Shown: positions 17,986 to 27,417 of the stretch, in pieces
How positions within the stretch are numbered: the stretch's first letter is position 1
Layout of the letters: every line of letters starts with the position of its first letter
DNA from: a virus
Lineage: Duplodnaviria; Heunggongvirae; Uroviricota; Caudoviricetes
Virus record (IMG/VR): IMGVR_UViG_3300028800_000057
Direction: 5' to 3' (one strand)
Length of the DNA: 64,000 bases
Notes under the pieces: generated by a model
Databases searched by the model: none
What the model was told of the DNA's origin: nothing
Seen by the model: only the letters and a program-made list of their open reading frames with translations
Position numbers and translations under genes: made by a program

Positions 17986-18396
17986 GTGGCGAAGCTAAGG
18001 CTCATAGTTCAACTCATCGAGGACGATGATACTAGACACCAGAACGAAATGGACATCCCCCTGTCGGAGTTCAAAGACCCAGATCTGGTCAACGAAGAAG
18101 ACATGATACATGCCTTCAATAGTACTTTTGGGTTCTTGATGAGGAGCGCCCAACACTTCGTTAGGTATTGGCGCTTGAGTGCTGAAAACAAGGCTTACTT
18201 CGAGAGGATAGAGCAGTACGCTCGTGACCGCGGTATGGGTGATATAGGTGCAGCGGCAATGATAGCGGGGGCTATCATCACTCCTGAGGGTACGAGCCAC
18301 CTTCAACTTCCCATTCAGGTGTTAGAGCCAAAAGAAGGGGAGGACTTTCCCCGTCCAAAGTTCCCCAGTCGGTATACACGCAAGCCGGTGATCTGA
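17986..18396 (+). CDS. Hypothetical protein with C-terminal RYTRKPVI tag
   Basis: GTG start downstream of a TTGTCA-N18-TATAAA promoter-like element (17948-17977); ends PSRYTRKPVI*, with the stop overlapping the next ATG (GTGATCTGATGG). Confidence 0.5.
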   Translation: MAKLRLIVQLIEDDDTRHQNEMDIPLSEFKDPDLVNEEDMIHAFNSTFGFLMRSAQHFVRYWRLSAENKAYFERIEQYARDRGMGDIGAAAMIAGAIITPEGTSHLQLPIQVLEPKEGEDFPRPKFPSRYTRKPVI

Positions 18397-18929
18397 TGGC
18401 AGCTGAAGACATGGTCCTATTCGGTATAGCTTGTGACAAGGTAGACCGAGGAAGCATTGACGAGGCGCGCAAGCTCCTGGCTGGTAACCCAGACTTAGCC
18501 ACCCGATTGGAGATGAAGATCCGGCCGCCAGATGATGTGGGTCGGTTCTTGGAACTCAAGCGGCTAGCCCAGCTGGCATCCTTTCACCGGGGGCGAGCCT
18601 GGATTTACCAGTTGGAGGCCACCCAAGTCTGTCACTACTCTCGAACGCTGCTCAAGGACCCCCTGGGCTGGCTTACAGACTTCCTGGACAGGCAGGGACT
18701 CACCTACCAACAACGAGTGACCTTGCACTCACAGTTCTTCGACCTCTACCATGAAGAGCTGAAGTCGGTGCGCGAGATTGTCTACAATAACTGGGCTGGG
18801 TACAAGAAAGAGAGACCAAAGGGTGTTCGGTTCAAGGACTACACCCAATTCAAGTCGATGCCAGCCCCCCAAGAGTTCCCACAACCACCGAAGGTCCTGA
18901 GTCGATACGAGAGGCCTTGGGTGATCTAA
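18396..18929 (+). CDS. Hypothetical protein with C-terminal RYERPWVI tag
   Basis: Ends LSRYERPWVI*; stop overlaps the next ATG (ATCTAATGG). Confidence 0.5.
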   Translation: MAAEDMVLFGIACDKVDRGSIDEARKLLAGNPDLATRLEMKIRPPDDVGRFLELKRLAQLASFHRGRAWIYQLEATQVCHYSRTLLKDPLGWLTDFLDRQGLTYQQRVTLHSQFFDLYHEELKSVREIVYNNWAGYKKERPKGVRFKDYTQFKSMPAPQEFPQPPKVLSRYERPWVI

Positions 18930-19531
18930 TGGTAGGGTTCTTCCCATCACCAGAGGTTGCTCGGGCTGCTGGAGTCTCCAAAGACTTTCTTGATTGGATG
19001 GTGGCCACTGGGGTCAGAGATTTCGACACAGCTTGGACTACCTGTGTAGATGTGAATGCAATGACCAAGCTGCTATGGTCATTGAATCCTCAGTCCAATA
19101 ACTTGCATTGGATAGCGTTCCGAGCCGCGTCACGGACTGCTGAAGCGGAGCAAATGGACCTTGATGAGCAGCTGATCGACCACCTCGTGAACAAGCTGCA
19201 TGCTCTTGAATTAGGCACTGACTACGACGGTATGGTCGCCATTGAGCGGGCTATAGCTCTTCATCGAATCATGAGAGATGACGGACCAAGTTCCAAGGAC
19301 CAAGCTCAGCTAGCGATAGGGTGGGCTTGTTGCAAGGCATCTCTCAACTGTATAAAAGCACTCGACTGTGCCCTACGCTCAGAACGCTTCCGGCTGGGAA
19401 TGAACGATGGTCCGCACGTAGTCACCGAACCTTCTTACCAGGTGAAAGACATCCACGAGTTGTTCCCACTACCACTCACAGATTCCAGGGTTAAGTACTT
19501 GTCACGGTACGAACGACCGTGGGTTATATGA
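18929..19531 (+). CDS. Hypothetical protein with C-terminal RYERPWVI tag
   Basis: Ends LSRYERPWVI*. The ATG at 18929 is preferred over the track's TTG at 18917. Confidence 0.5.
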   Translation: MVGFFPSPEVARAAGVSKDFLDWMVATGVRDFDTAWTTCVDVNAMTKLLWSLNPQSNNLHWIAFRAASRTAEAEQMDLDEQLIDHLVNKLHALELGTDYDGMVAIERAIALHRIMRDDGPSSKDQAQLAIGWACCKASLNCIKALDCALRSERFRLGMNDGPHVVTEPSYQVKDIHELFPLPLTDSRVKYLSRYERPWVI

Positions 19532-19964
19532 CCGGCGGGCGCTCGTACCGTGAGACCCGCTTTGACTGATTTATTTTCTCTAACTCCATTTTCTCAGCGA
19601 GGCTCATGATACGAACCTTGGTCTCTTCAATCTGTTGAGTTAGTTCTTGCTGCGAAGCTATAAACTCAGCATGGTGACGAGCTACCCTTCTATCACTGTA
19701 CTTGGAAATTCGTGATATGTAGGCTAGTGCAGCAGGTCCACAACATGCTACTACGAAGACTTGGAGCTTAGGTAGCTTAGTAGGCATCAGAAAGCCTACT
19801 AAAACTATGACATAGAGCAAGATCGGTAGTTCGAAACAGGCCTTCTTCCAGGTCGGGTACTGACCCTCACCACTCTCAATTAGCGATGACAGAAGAAGAA
19901 CGATGCAAACAGCAGCCAGCACTATCGCGCATAACACTGAGAAGTTTTGGAATCTCTGCAGCAT
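19524..19964 (-). CDS. Membrane protein with C-terminal RYERPPVI tag
   Basis: Two TM helices; ends RVSRYERPPVI*. Its 3' end is convergent with 18929-19531 and overlaps it by 8 nt. Confidence 0.5.
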   Translation of the reverse strand: MLQRFQNFSVLCAIVLAAVCIVLLLSSLIESGEGQYPTWKKACFELPILLYVIVLVGFLMPTKLPKLQVFVVACCGPAALAYISRISKYSDRRVARHHAEFIASQQELTQQIEETKVRIMSLAEKMELEKINQSKRVSRYERPPVI

Positions 19965-20011
19965 AATGGCGATTCACCATGCCATTCTTGACTAGAAAGT
20001 CAACCAGTGGC

Positions 20012-20248
20012 TTACTTACCCGCCTTTTTAGCCGGAACCGCTTTCAGGTAGTACTTGTCGCTGTTCTGAACAACGATGTACCCTTCCGCGTAGCCGTCGC
20101 CCAGGTCGTGGGGTCCTTTTCCGTGCTGATCAAAGAGATCCTTGCAGATGCCACTGATCTTCTTCTTCTGAATTTCAAGTGCTTTTTCTACTTTGGCCAG
20201 GCGGTCCTTCTCGAACCTGTAGCTTGTGATCAGCTCAGACTTATCCAT
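20012..20248 (-). CDS. Hypothetical small protein
   Basis: 78-aa ORF. Confidence 0.35.
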   Translation of the reverse strand: MDKSELITSYRFEKDRLAKVEKALEIQKKKISGICKDLFDQHGKGPHDLGDGYAEGYIVVQNSDKYYLKAVPAKKAGK

Positions 20249-20295
20249 GATGGTCTATACACCGGAAGTCAATTGGGGTATCTTGTGTCCAGGTC

Positions 20296-21249
20296 ATGCC
20301 ACGAATAGAAGTACTAGTCCGAGTCATGCTGGACACAGGAGAGGAAGCTTCTGGAGCACGTTTCACGATTCAAGACAACTTGGTCAATGAAATACAGACT
20401 GGGTTTACTCCAGAGGGTTTGGCACGTTACTTTGGAGAGAGATTTCGTCAAAACGCTCTTCACTCCCCACATGTCCGGTTAGAGCTGCCTGAAGTAACCA
20501 CTCAAGAAATTACCTCGGTGACTTCTTGGGCTATAGAGCATCCTACCCAACGAGAAATACGAGAGGCTGTACAGCAAAGACTCGCTGAAGTACCTGTCCT
20601 GCCCGATATAGGGACAATGATCTTCCAATCATCAGCTCTAGAACGGTTAGAAAGTTATGCACAAGCTATCGGTCGTAATAGCTCTGATCTAACTGCCGAA
20701 GATCTTCAACGAGAGTCATTGACACGTGACTTTGCCCTCGATGATGACCCCGCCTTCCCAATTGAGTATCAAGGGCAATTTGCATCTGACGGTGGGCATG
20801 TTGTCACTGAAGAGGAGGTTGCCGCTCATCTGAGAGCCTTACGGAGTGCACGCCCAGAGGTGCAACGAGAACAAGGCCAAGAGATGACTGAGGTCGCGCA
20901 GAGAGTAGCCGCTGAGGCAAGGTTCCCGTCTCCTTCAAGGGAAGTGTCTCTGCCAGCGTATGATACCCCAAGTGAAGAGGTACAAGGGTTGATAGACTTG
21001 CACAGAGAGTACCCAGTCAGATTGATTCAACCGCTTCCTCAAGATAGGATGCTTGAACTTCGACGAGCCTATGCTGGATTCGGGGCTACCGCCGGAATCG
21101 AGCCGACACATCGTTTCCCTCGAAGGACATCCAGAGATATTCAAGCTGAGGGGCGAGTTGCGCGCCCAAGTAGGGGTCCAAGTACCCCGAAAAAGCCTGA
21201 GGGTAGGTCAGCGATACCCACAAGATACCACAGAAAACCGGTGATATGA
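20296..21249 (+). CDS. Hypothetical protein with C-terminal RYHRKPVI tag
   Basis: 317 aa, ends IPTRYHRKPVI*. Confidence 0.5.
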   Translation: MPRIEVLVRVMLDTGEEASGARFTIQDNLVNEIQTGFTPEGLARYFGERFRQNALHSPHVRLELPEVTTQEITSVTSWAIEHPTQREIREAVQQRLAEVPVLPDIGTMIFQSSALERLESYAQAIGRNSSDLTAEDLQRESLTRDFALDDDPAFPIEYQGQFASDGGHVVTEEEVAAHLRALRSARPEVQREQGQEMTEVAQRVAAEARFPSPSREVSLPAYDTPSEEVQGLIDLHREYPVRLIQPLPQDRMLELRRAYAGFGATAGIEPTHRFPRRTSRDIQAEGRVARPSRGPSTPKKPEGRSAIPTRYHRKPVI

Positions 21250-21359
21250 CGTTTCCAAGACAAGTGTCATATTCGTTTGGCCATTGAAAACCTGTTGCTT
21301 TCTGTATTGCGAGCATTCTATAATTCAGAGCAAGCGGAGAACCCCGAAAAGAGAGTGAA

Positions 21360-21725
21360 ATGGAGCCTGAAAAAGTGGCAGAACACTTGAGACCCTATGT
21401 GAACGAAGACCTATTGCGCATAGCTAGGGATGGTTTGAAAAACATCGGGAGTGACTTGGTTCTCTATTTGGATACCTCAGAAGGCAGTAGTGGGATCCTG
21501 GTTACTAACCGAAGGAGGTTCCTATCGTTATTGGGGAAGTTGGACGGAATTCGAAGGACTCTCAGGGAGCCGGCGCGGTCCTTGGCAGCAAGGACCCAAG
21601 TATTGCACCGGCACGCTGTGGTCTTTTGGTTCGTGGTGGTCTTGCCCGGAGGTGAAGTCCGGGCTCAGGTATTGACCCTGGACAACCACTACCGTCTTAC
21701 GACCCATACCGTTGGAATCGCATGA
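21360..21725 (+). CDS. Hypothetical protein
   Basis: 121-aa ORF. Confidence 0.35.
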   Translation: MEPEKVAEHLRPYVNEDLLRIARDGLKNIGSDLVLYLDTSEGSSGILVTNRRRFLSLLGKLDGIRRTLREPARSLAARTQVLHRHAVVFWFVVVLPGGEVRAQVLTLDNHYRLTTHTVGIA

Positions 21726-21940
21726 AGCTATTCCCTCCCGGAGTGAAGCTGACAAGACAAGGTGTTCGGGACCTAGGCGGTAACGACCGCAGGGTTGACC
21801 CTAAGTGGTGGTACCCTATTATCTACCAGTGTCAGCATCGACGAATGAAAGAGTGTCACCCCCGATGTGGCCACTGGCACTGTCCAGACTGTGGGATCGG
21901 TTTCGATGATTGGGGTGAAGGAGGTGTAATACGACGGTGA
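21722..21940 (+). CDS. Small Cys/His-rich zinc-finger-like protein
   Basis: CQHRRMKECHPRCGHWHCPDCG. Confidence 0.35.
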   Translation: MKLFPPGVKLTRQGVRDLGGNDRRVDPKWWYPIIYQCQHRRMKECHPRCGHWHCPDCGIGFDDWGEGGVIRR

Positions 21941-22081
21941 ACCAAAGGATTAAGTATGATCAAGCTCAAACGTGAGTTAGCACTCGGAGTAGCCAAAGGA
22001 CTGAGTATTGCTTTGCTGATAATCGGAGTTCTTCTGGTGGTGTGCGAGCACTAGTGCGCCTGGTGTACCTCTGGTACCATC

Positions 22082-22399
22082 ATGGACATCGGCGGATACG
22101 ACATTACGGTTCCAACCAAGTTCGACCCTAAACGGACTCTCACTGAAGCTATCAAGGCAATAGAGAGCGTATGGGGTACCTCAATAGTCGAGGTTGATAG
22201 CACTGTTGAGGTGTTCGTTTACCAGTGCAAAGAAGCAGCTGAGGCTTGGGACGCGGAAGGTTGGACGGAGCAATACGGTAAGAGCATGGTGACCGTTGTA
22301 GCAATGACACCAGGAGAGTGTACATTTGTCATTGACAACAACGAGGATACGATCCTCTTGAATATTGTCGACGCCCTCACCGCTGCCCTGAAGCCCTAG
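22082..22399 (+). CDS. Hypothetical protein
   Basis: 105-aa ORF. Confidence 0.4.
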   Translation: MDIGGYDITVPTKFDPKRTLTEAIKAIESVWGTSIVEVDSTVEVFVYQCKEAAEAWDAEGWTEQYGKSMVTVVAMTPGECTFVIDNNEDTILLNIVDALTAALKP

Positions 22400-23337
22400 A
22401 TTTGGATGTTGATGGTCACTACTCGACTCGAACTACCCCATTGGGCTCCAAACTCAACGAGGAACCGAGTAGGATTCTCGTTGTAGGCTCTCCTCAAGAG
22501 ACCCTCACCAAGGTTTTGCTGAATCTCCCACGTTGGGATCTGAAGAGCGAGTGGGGCCCCCTGGGACTCATTCTGCATCCCATACATGAAAGCATTGTAG
22601 AAGGCCCCTGAGGCCACCCTAGGAGTTGATAGTATGGCATAGCGCCCAGATGGGGTTACCGTGGGCATAATAGCAGCATACGCATCTCTTTCGTTTGCCA
22701 TGTGAGCCAGCTCATTCACCACGAGCTGTACCGAACTAAAACCTCTTGTTCGGGCAACATTCGAATATGACCTGAGTCCCAGGTTACCTTGCGTACCCCC
22801 TGCTTGTCTTCCGGCATGGGTCTCGAAGGTAATGTTCGTGAGAGTGTTGCTGACCAATGCACTCTGAAGATATTGGCAATGCTCAATGTGGTAGTAAATA
22901 CCTGAGGTCAATGCATCGCGTCGAGCTGCATTCATACTGAAACACAATACATTGAGCCTCTGCCTCGGAGTCACTCCAAAGACTGGATGTGGATCCATCA
23001 TTTGCAACAGCTGGACGATTGTGTATGTGGCAATGAACTCTGCCAGCAGATCCTTACCAACCCGGCGCCCCGCTGAGAGTACCATTCCTCTACGCGGTAG
23101 GGTGCTCGTGTCTGAGACGCTACAGCGACCATTCTCAAAGAGGAACCTCAGGTACTCTTGCTCCGTGAGGGTGTAGCGTACCTGCTCTAGGAACATGTCA
23201 TGGACGATGATTGTCCGTTGAGTGCTGTCTAGTTCGAGTCCGTAGTAGAGCTTAAGAATGAACCGCTGAACAGGGTACAATGTCCAACCAAGACCCTCGG
23301 GTCCTTCCACATACTCCAAGATGCTGTTGAACGGCAT
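22396..23337 (-). CDS. Terminase-large-subunit-like ATPase domain protein (no nuclease domain; non-canonical Walker motifs)
   Basis: Q-motif-like LYPVQRFIL; Walker A-like LSAGRRVGKD (compare the terminase GRRxGKT/S); Walker B-like VQLVVNELA (NE instead of DE); coupling-motif-like AILSTP. Only 313 aa. Confidence 0.45.
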   Translation of the reverse strand: MPFNSILEYVEGPEGLGWTLYPVQRFILKLYYGLELDSTQRTIIVHDMFLEQVRYTLTEQEYLRFLFENGRCSVSDTSTLPRRGMVLSAGRRVGKDLLAEFIATYTIVQLLQMMDPHPVFGVTPRQRLNVLCFSMNAARRDALTSGIYYHIEHCQYLQSALVSNTLTNITFETHAGRQAGGTQGNLGLRSYSNVARTRGFSSVQLVVNELAHMANERDAYAAIMPTVTPSGRYAILSTPRVASGAFYNAFMYGMQNESQGAPLALQIPTWEIQQNLGEGLLRRAYNENPTRFLVEFGAQWGSSSRVVTINIQI

Positions 23338-23358
23338 TCCATTGGAGCTACACCATAA

Positions 23359-23781
23359 CTAAATTACCCACTTGCGTTCGTATCGAGTAAGAATCACTCG
23401 AGTATCTGGTTCGTTCGCCGGTTCAAGGTTGATGAAGTCGTAGTCCGCGCGGTATGCCGTAGCGCAGAGTTTTGGAAGCCTACATTGATTGGGCTTCTTC
23501 CTTGATAGATCGTTCCTTCTCTCATAGCAATCTGGGCAAAGAGTAGGAGACCCAGGCTTTCGTCGACAATCGTCACACTCAAAGTAGTTGGAGGCTAAGA
23601 AGACCGAGTGGAGATAGTCGATGCGAGTACAGTGCGTACCCGTACCAGGTTCCTTCTCTCTGGCCCAAACGAATCGTCCCTTGACCTTAGTCACTTGGTA
23701 CAAGGCCTCTGGGCTATCCTTGTCTCGGAGCCAGAGGCCAACTTTAACCCAACCTGGCATCGGTGGTATTTGAAGTGGCAT
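23359..23781 (-). CDS. Cys-rich protein with C-terminal RYERKWVI tag
   Basis: CTRIDYLH...FECDDCRRKPGSPTLCPDCYERR; ends ILTRYERKWVI*. Confidence 0.5.
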   Translation of the reverse strand: MPLQIPPMPGWVKVGLWLRDKDSPEALYQVTKVKGRFVWAREKEPGTGTHCTRIDYLHSVFLASNYFECDDCRRKPGSPTLCPDCYERRNDLSRKKPNQCRLPKLCATAYRADYDFINLEPANEPDTRVILTRYERKWVI

Positions 23782-24101
23782 TAGAAGACGACCGAGGTGT
23801 TGTGCTTGACACTGGCCTTCTTAGTTACCTCCAGGATGACATAGGGCTTCTTGTTGGAGCCAGATGCCATCTCTTGGATGCTAACGAACTCCTCAAGGGT
23901 GGCGCGCTCGGTCGTCACCCAGTGCTCAATGTCGTCGAAGTGATCTGTGTGCTCAGGGTACCCGTGTCCGGGGTTGGTGCGCGAGCGCTCATCACCGGGG
24001 ACCCAAACACTTCGCTTGCCATAGATGATCACCGCGAAGTGGGTACCACTGGGTATGTCCTCAGGTCCCTTGATCCGTACCATTTTCGTTTGATTTCTCA
24101 T
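23781..24101 (-). CDS. Hypothetical protein
   Basis: 106-aa ORF. Confidence 0.35.
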   Translation of the reverse strand: MRNQTKMVRIKGPEDIPSGTHFAVIIYGKRSVWVPGDERSRTNPGHGYPEHTDHFDDIEHWVTTERATLEEFVSIQEMASGSNKKPYVILEVTKKASVKHNTSVVF

Positions 24102-24459
24102 TGTACACCTTGGGTCCAGGAGATCCTAAAGCCATATCCAACGCATCAGTCAATGATCGGATTGCTTCCATGACACCATCATTGCCACTGAAAGGAGCCA
24201 CATGAAGCTCTTTACAGACCTCGCCGAACTCGTGATCACGTTTCATGAGCAAAGACATGAGGATCTTTTGGGGGACCACCGTTGATAGGCTCAGTAGGGA
24301 CTCCTCTAGAGATACCTCATCGAACCATTGGTCAATCAACGGAGGTCGAGTCGGAAGAAACCCTCGAAGCATAACCGTTTCTACCCACATCTGAAGTTCC
24401 TTGGCTTCTTGGTCGGTAAGATCCTCGAATAACTGAGTCGTCTTGTTGATTCTTGCCAT
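24061..24459 (-). CDS. Hypothetical protein
   Basis: 132-aa ORF directly downstream of a family promoter variant. Confidence 0.45.
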   Translation of the reverse strand: MARINKTTQLFEDLTDQEAKELQMWVETVMLRGFLPTRPPLIDQWFDEVSLEESLLSLSTVVPQKILMSLLMKRDHEFGEVCKELHVAPFSGNDGVMEAIRSLTDALDMALGSPGPKVYNEKSNENGTDQGT

Positions 24460-24466
24460 ACTCTGT

Positions 24467-24494
24467 TAATACGCGCGAGCCGCACAGCTCTCAA
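24467..24494 (-). promoter_or_regulatory. Conserved phage promoter, variant -10 (TTGAGA-N16-GTATTA); near-leaderless for ATG 24459
   Basis: The reverse complement reads TTGAGAgctgtgcggctcgcgcGTATTAacagagtATG, including the CTCGCGC element. Confidence 0.45.
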
Positions 24495-24615
24495 CTTGAT
24501 ACTCAAGAAAACTACAGGTCATCCTGACCTAGTGGCCAAAAGTAGCGTCGTACTCTATACTTATTGACACCTGGATGCTACTGAGGCTACTGAATTAGGG
24601 TCAGGAGTACAACAG

Positions 24616-25134
24616 ATGACAATTCGTATAGCACTTCCTAATGGAAACGTGGAGTTTGATACCTTAGAGGACGCACTCGGGTTCTACAGGGGAATTTACA
24701 AGGGAGCAGCCCCAAAGTCAACGAGTCCAAACGGCAATGGGGTGAAGCTGGCTCTTCGACCGTTGAATAACAACGGTCCAGTAAACCTGTTGGAGGCCAT
24801 CCAAGTAGTGATTGGCAACCAAGAGGTCTCGGTCGCCGACGTCAAGTCTGGTCTAAAGTCCCATGGTTGGCTGCCAAAGAGCAAGGACCTGATCAGCTAT
24901 CTTCGGTACACGCTCAAGACGAACAAGGAGATCTTCATCAGTCGAAAGTTGAAGGAGGGCAAGCGAGTCTTGTACCACTTGAGCAAGACCAACCCTTATT
25001 GCAAGCCAGTGGATCGTCCTATCCGAGCTAGCACTCGTCGGCGTCTTCGGAAGGCTTCTCCGACCATAATCGCGGGACCGGTCAAAGCCCACAAGAGCAA
25101 GGTGAGGGTTAAGGTGAAGACGGCTCAAGCCTAA
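24616..25134 (+). CDS. Basic protein, possible winged-helix/linker-histone-like DNA-binding protein
   Basis: 172 aa, pI clearly basic; the C-terminal RRRLRKASP...KAHKSKVRVKVK tail and a central segment are loosely H15-like (weak). Confidence 0.4.
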   Translation: MTIRIALPNGNVEFDTLEDALGFYRGIYKGAAPKSTSPNGNGVKLALRPLNNNGPVNLLEAIQVVIGNQEVSVADVKSGLKSHGWLPKSKDLISYLRYTLKTNKEIFISRKLKEGKRVLYHLSKTNPYCKPVDRPIRASTRRRLRKASPTIIAGPVKAHKSKVRVKVKTAQA

Positions 25135-25177
25135 GTATCCGTGGTGTAGTTGCCAACAAGTCAGAATCGAGTAGACC

Positions 25178-25879
25178 ATGTCCATACTAGACGACCTATC
25201 AGAGGGGTTTGCAGAGAGCGTCAAGCTCCTCATCAAGTTGGCGGACGGCATCAAGGACGATAGCGACCGAGATACTCCAGAGATGCAAGAAGCTGAAGAC
25301 AGAGCCGAGAGGCTCTGGTACGAGCTCAATGACACGGACACAATCATTCTCGATGCCATGTCGGCGGACCTCTGGTACTTAGCTGACGAAGGTCCACTCA
25401 AGGGCAAGGAGCCTACCCTCGAGCTTCGAGGAGGTTATGAACGAGCCAAGCAAGATGACAACTTGCTTGGTATCGCTTGGTCGCTCCACGAGTGTGCTAA
25501 GCTTGCCTCCGGGGTTGAGGGGGCTCGGGTTCGTCTTCACCTGTGGAAGTCTCTCAAGCAAGAGGAAATGACCCGACGCTTTGAAGTCCTGTGGACTCGT
25601 GAGAAGTTCAAGGAGTTTCGGAGCCAATGGCACAAGGACACCCAGTTCTTGTCTTTCATCAACTCTGACCATCCGGCCTATCAGGAGATCATCAAGTTGG
25701 GCATGCCAGTGGTTCCAATCCTTCTAGAGGAGATGCGTGACGACCCTGATTGGTGGGGGATCGCTCTAGCGGCTATCACCGGGGAGAACCCCTGCAAGTT
25801 CCCTGAGATGTCTGGAAACCTTGCAATGATCTCCAAAGCATGGGTAGAGTGGGGGGTAGCGCGAGGACTAATTAAGTGA
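25178..25879 (+). CDS. Hypothetical protein
   Basis: 233-aa ORF. Confidence 0.45.
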   Translation: MSILDDLSEGFAESVKLLIKLADGIKDDSDRDTPEMQEAEDRAERLWYELNDTDTIILDAMSADLWYLADEGPLKGKEPTLELRGGYERAKQDDNLLGIAWSLHECAKLASGVEGARVRLHLWKSLKQEEMTRRFEVLWTREKFKEFRSQWHKDTQFLSFINSDHPAYQEIIKLGMPVVPILLEEMRDDPDWWGIALAAITGENPCKFPEMSGNLAMISKAWVEWGVARGLIK

Positions 25880-26352
25880 GAACTATTCAGGTCAATTGGT
25901 TAGAATCTCCACATTACATGGTACTATACCAGCGAGATAGACCTGGGATGGTTCTTGTCGCAGATGATAAGATGTGGGGTGTGAAGGCTCCACCTGAAGA
26001 TGCTGGTGGATCTGGATTTAGTCTACCTCTCTGCAGTGCAACAGACCCTATGATTGACTCTCAGTTCAAGAATGCACTTCAGACCCGATTGCAGATGCTT
26101 GTGGTCTACGCCTGGCAACAAGGGTTACTCGATCAAGTAACCTTCTTTGGGGTTATTCACAACTACCGCCAGAACATCATGATCGGGATGGGGTACTCGA
26201 CGGTAAACGTCCTTCCTCGCTTCGACCACACTCCTAGCAGCTTATTCAAGTATTTACCGTCTGAATTCGAGGTAGACATAGATAGTATACTAGGGACACA
26301 AGCACGTGCACGGTCTCAGAGGTCTCGTTACGATCGCCCTTGGGTAGTCTGA
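25876..26352 (+). CDS. Hypothetical protein with C-terminal RYDRPWVV tag variant
   Basis: Ends RSRYDRPWVV*. Confidence 0.5.
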   Translation: MRTIQVNWLESPHYMVLYQRDRPGMVLVADDKMWGVKAPPEDAGGSGFSLPLCSATDPMIDSQFKNALQTRLQMLVVYAWQQGLLDQVTFFGVIHNYRQNIMIGMGYSTVNVLPRFDHTPSSLFKYLPSEFEVDIDSILGTQARARSQRSRYDRPWVV

Positions 26353-26885
26353 TGAAGCGATCTCTATCGTTGGTAGTCCTACTCTCGGGTGGGCTGGCGC
26401 GGGCAAGTGGTATCTGTGAAGAACCGGTGAAGAACCCGCTCCTCACGTTCGAGGGCGACCCCTACTTCATCACTGAACTCAACGACCCCGAGTTCGTCCC
26501 TCTCGGGACTGCCATCACGTACACGACGAAGAAGTACAACTCCTGTGCTAATGGATGCGCTAACCTTGCCTGGCACAATGCCGAAGTGATGGCCGAGGAT
26601 TGGCTCTATGACAGGGTCATGACTACGACGGGAGAGGTTATCGGGTCCGAATGTGGTGGGGGAGCCACATGCGAAGAACCTGTACGCGCGCACAACGTCC
26701 AGTGTAGCGTGGAGATCGGGGACTGTGATTATCTTGAGGACTTGAAAGCCAGTCCTTACACCTACTTCAGAATCAAGCGCACCTTCAAGTTGGAGTGCCT
26801 GGGGGATGAAGGATGCCGGCATGAGGGGCGGCCTATTACCGATTGCTGCATAATCACCTCGACTAAGACGTTCGGTTCGGGGTAA
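26340..26885 (+). CDS. Secreted cysteine-rich protein
   Basis: Signal-peptide-like N-terminus MKRSLSLVVLLSGGLARASG; 14 Cys. Confidence 0.45.
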   Translation: MGSLMKRSLSLVVLLSGGLARASGICEEPVKNPLLTFEGDPYFITELNDPEFVPLGTAITYTTKKYNSCANGCANLAWHNAEVMAEDWLYDRVMTTTGEVIGSECGGGATCEEPVRAHNVQCSVEIGDCDYLEDLKASPYTYFRIKRTFKLECLGDEGCRHEGRPITDCCIITSTKTFGSG

Positions 26886-26894
26886 GGTAGTATC

Positions 26895-27380
26895 ATGCTC
26901 TGCATAGGGTTGTTCGGAACTTGTGATAAAAACCGGTGGCGGGATCCGTTCATGTCCAAGTATACTGAGCTTGGAATCGAGTACTTCAATCCGATGGTTG
27001 ATGATTGGAACCCCGGAATGGTACCTCTGGAAGCCCAGCACCTAGCAGAAGACGAAGTGATCCTATTCCCGATCCTCGGATGGTCCTACGCTGAAGGCTC
27101 CTTGTCCGAGATGGGCTTTGGCCCCCTCAAAGCCATGAGACAGAACATGAACCGGAGCTTTGTGTTCTACATCGAGACCACTCTCCATGAGCGTCTGAAG
27201 GATCAGGACCGATGCAAAGCATCCTTGCGAGCGCGCGAGCTAGTACTTGGTCACTTGGCCCAAACGAATGCCCCAAACATATATGTAGTGAAATCTCTTG
27301 AGAAAATGCTGGATGTGAGCATCAAAGTCTTTCAGGCTCACAAGGATTTGTTGGGTATCCGTGCTGGGGTAGCCGGGTAG
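26895..27380 (+). CDS. Hypothetical protein (weakly nucleoside deoxyribosyltransferase-like)
   Basis: 161 aa; the N-terminus CIGLFGTC...YFNP is weakly reminiscent of the Nuc_deoxyri_tr2 fold. Not secure. Confidence 0.35.
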   Translation: MLCIGLFGTCDKNRWRDPFMSKYTELGIEYFNPMVDDWNPGMVPLEAQHLAEDEVILFPILGWSYAEGSLSEMGFGPLKAMRQNMNRSFVFYIETTLHERLKDQDRCKASLRARELVLGHLAQTNAPNIYVVKSLEKMLDVSIKVFQAHKDLLGIRAGVAG

Positions 27381-27417
27381 GGACTTGCCGGATATTAGAT
27401 CGAACTCTAAATAGTTG

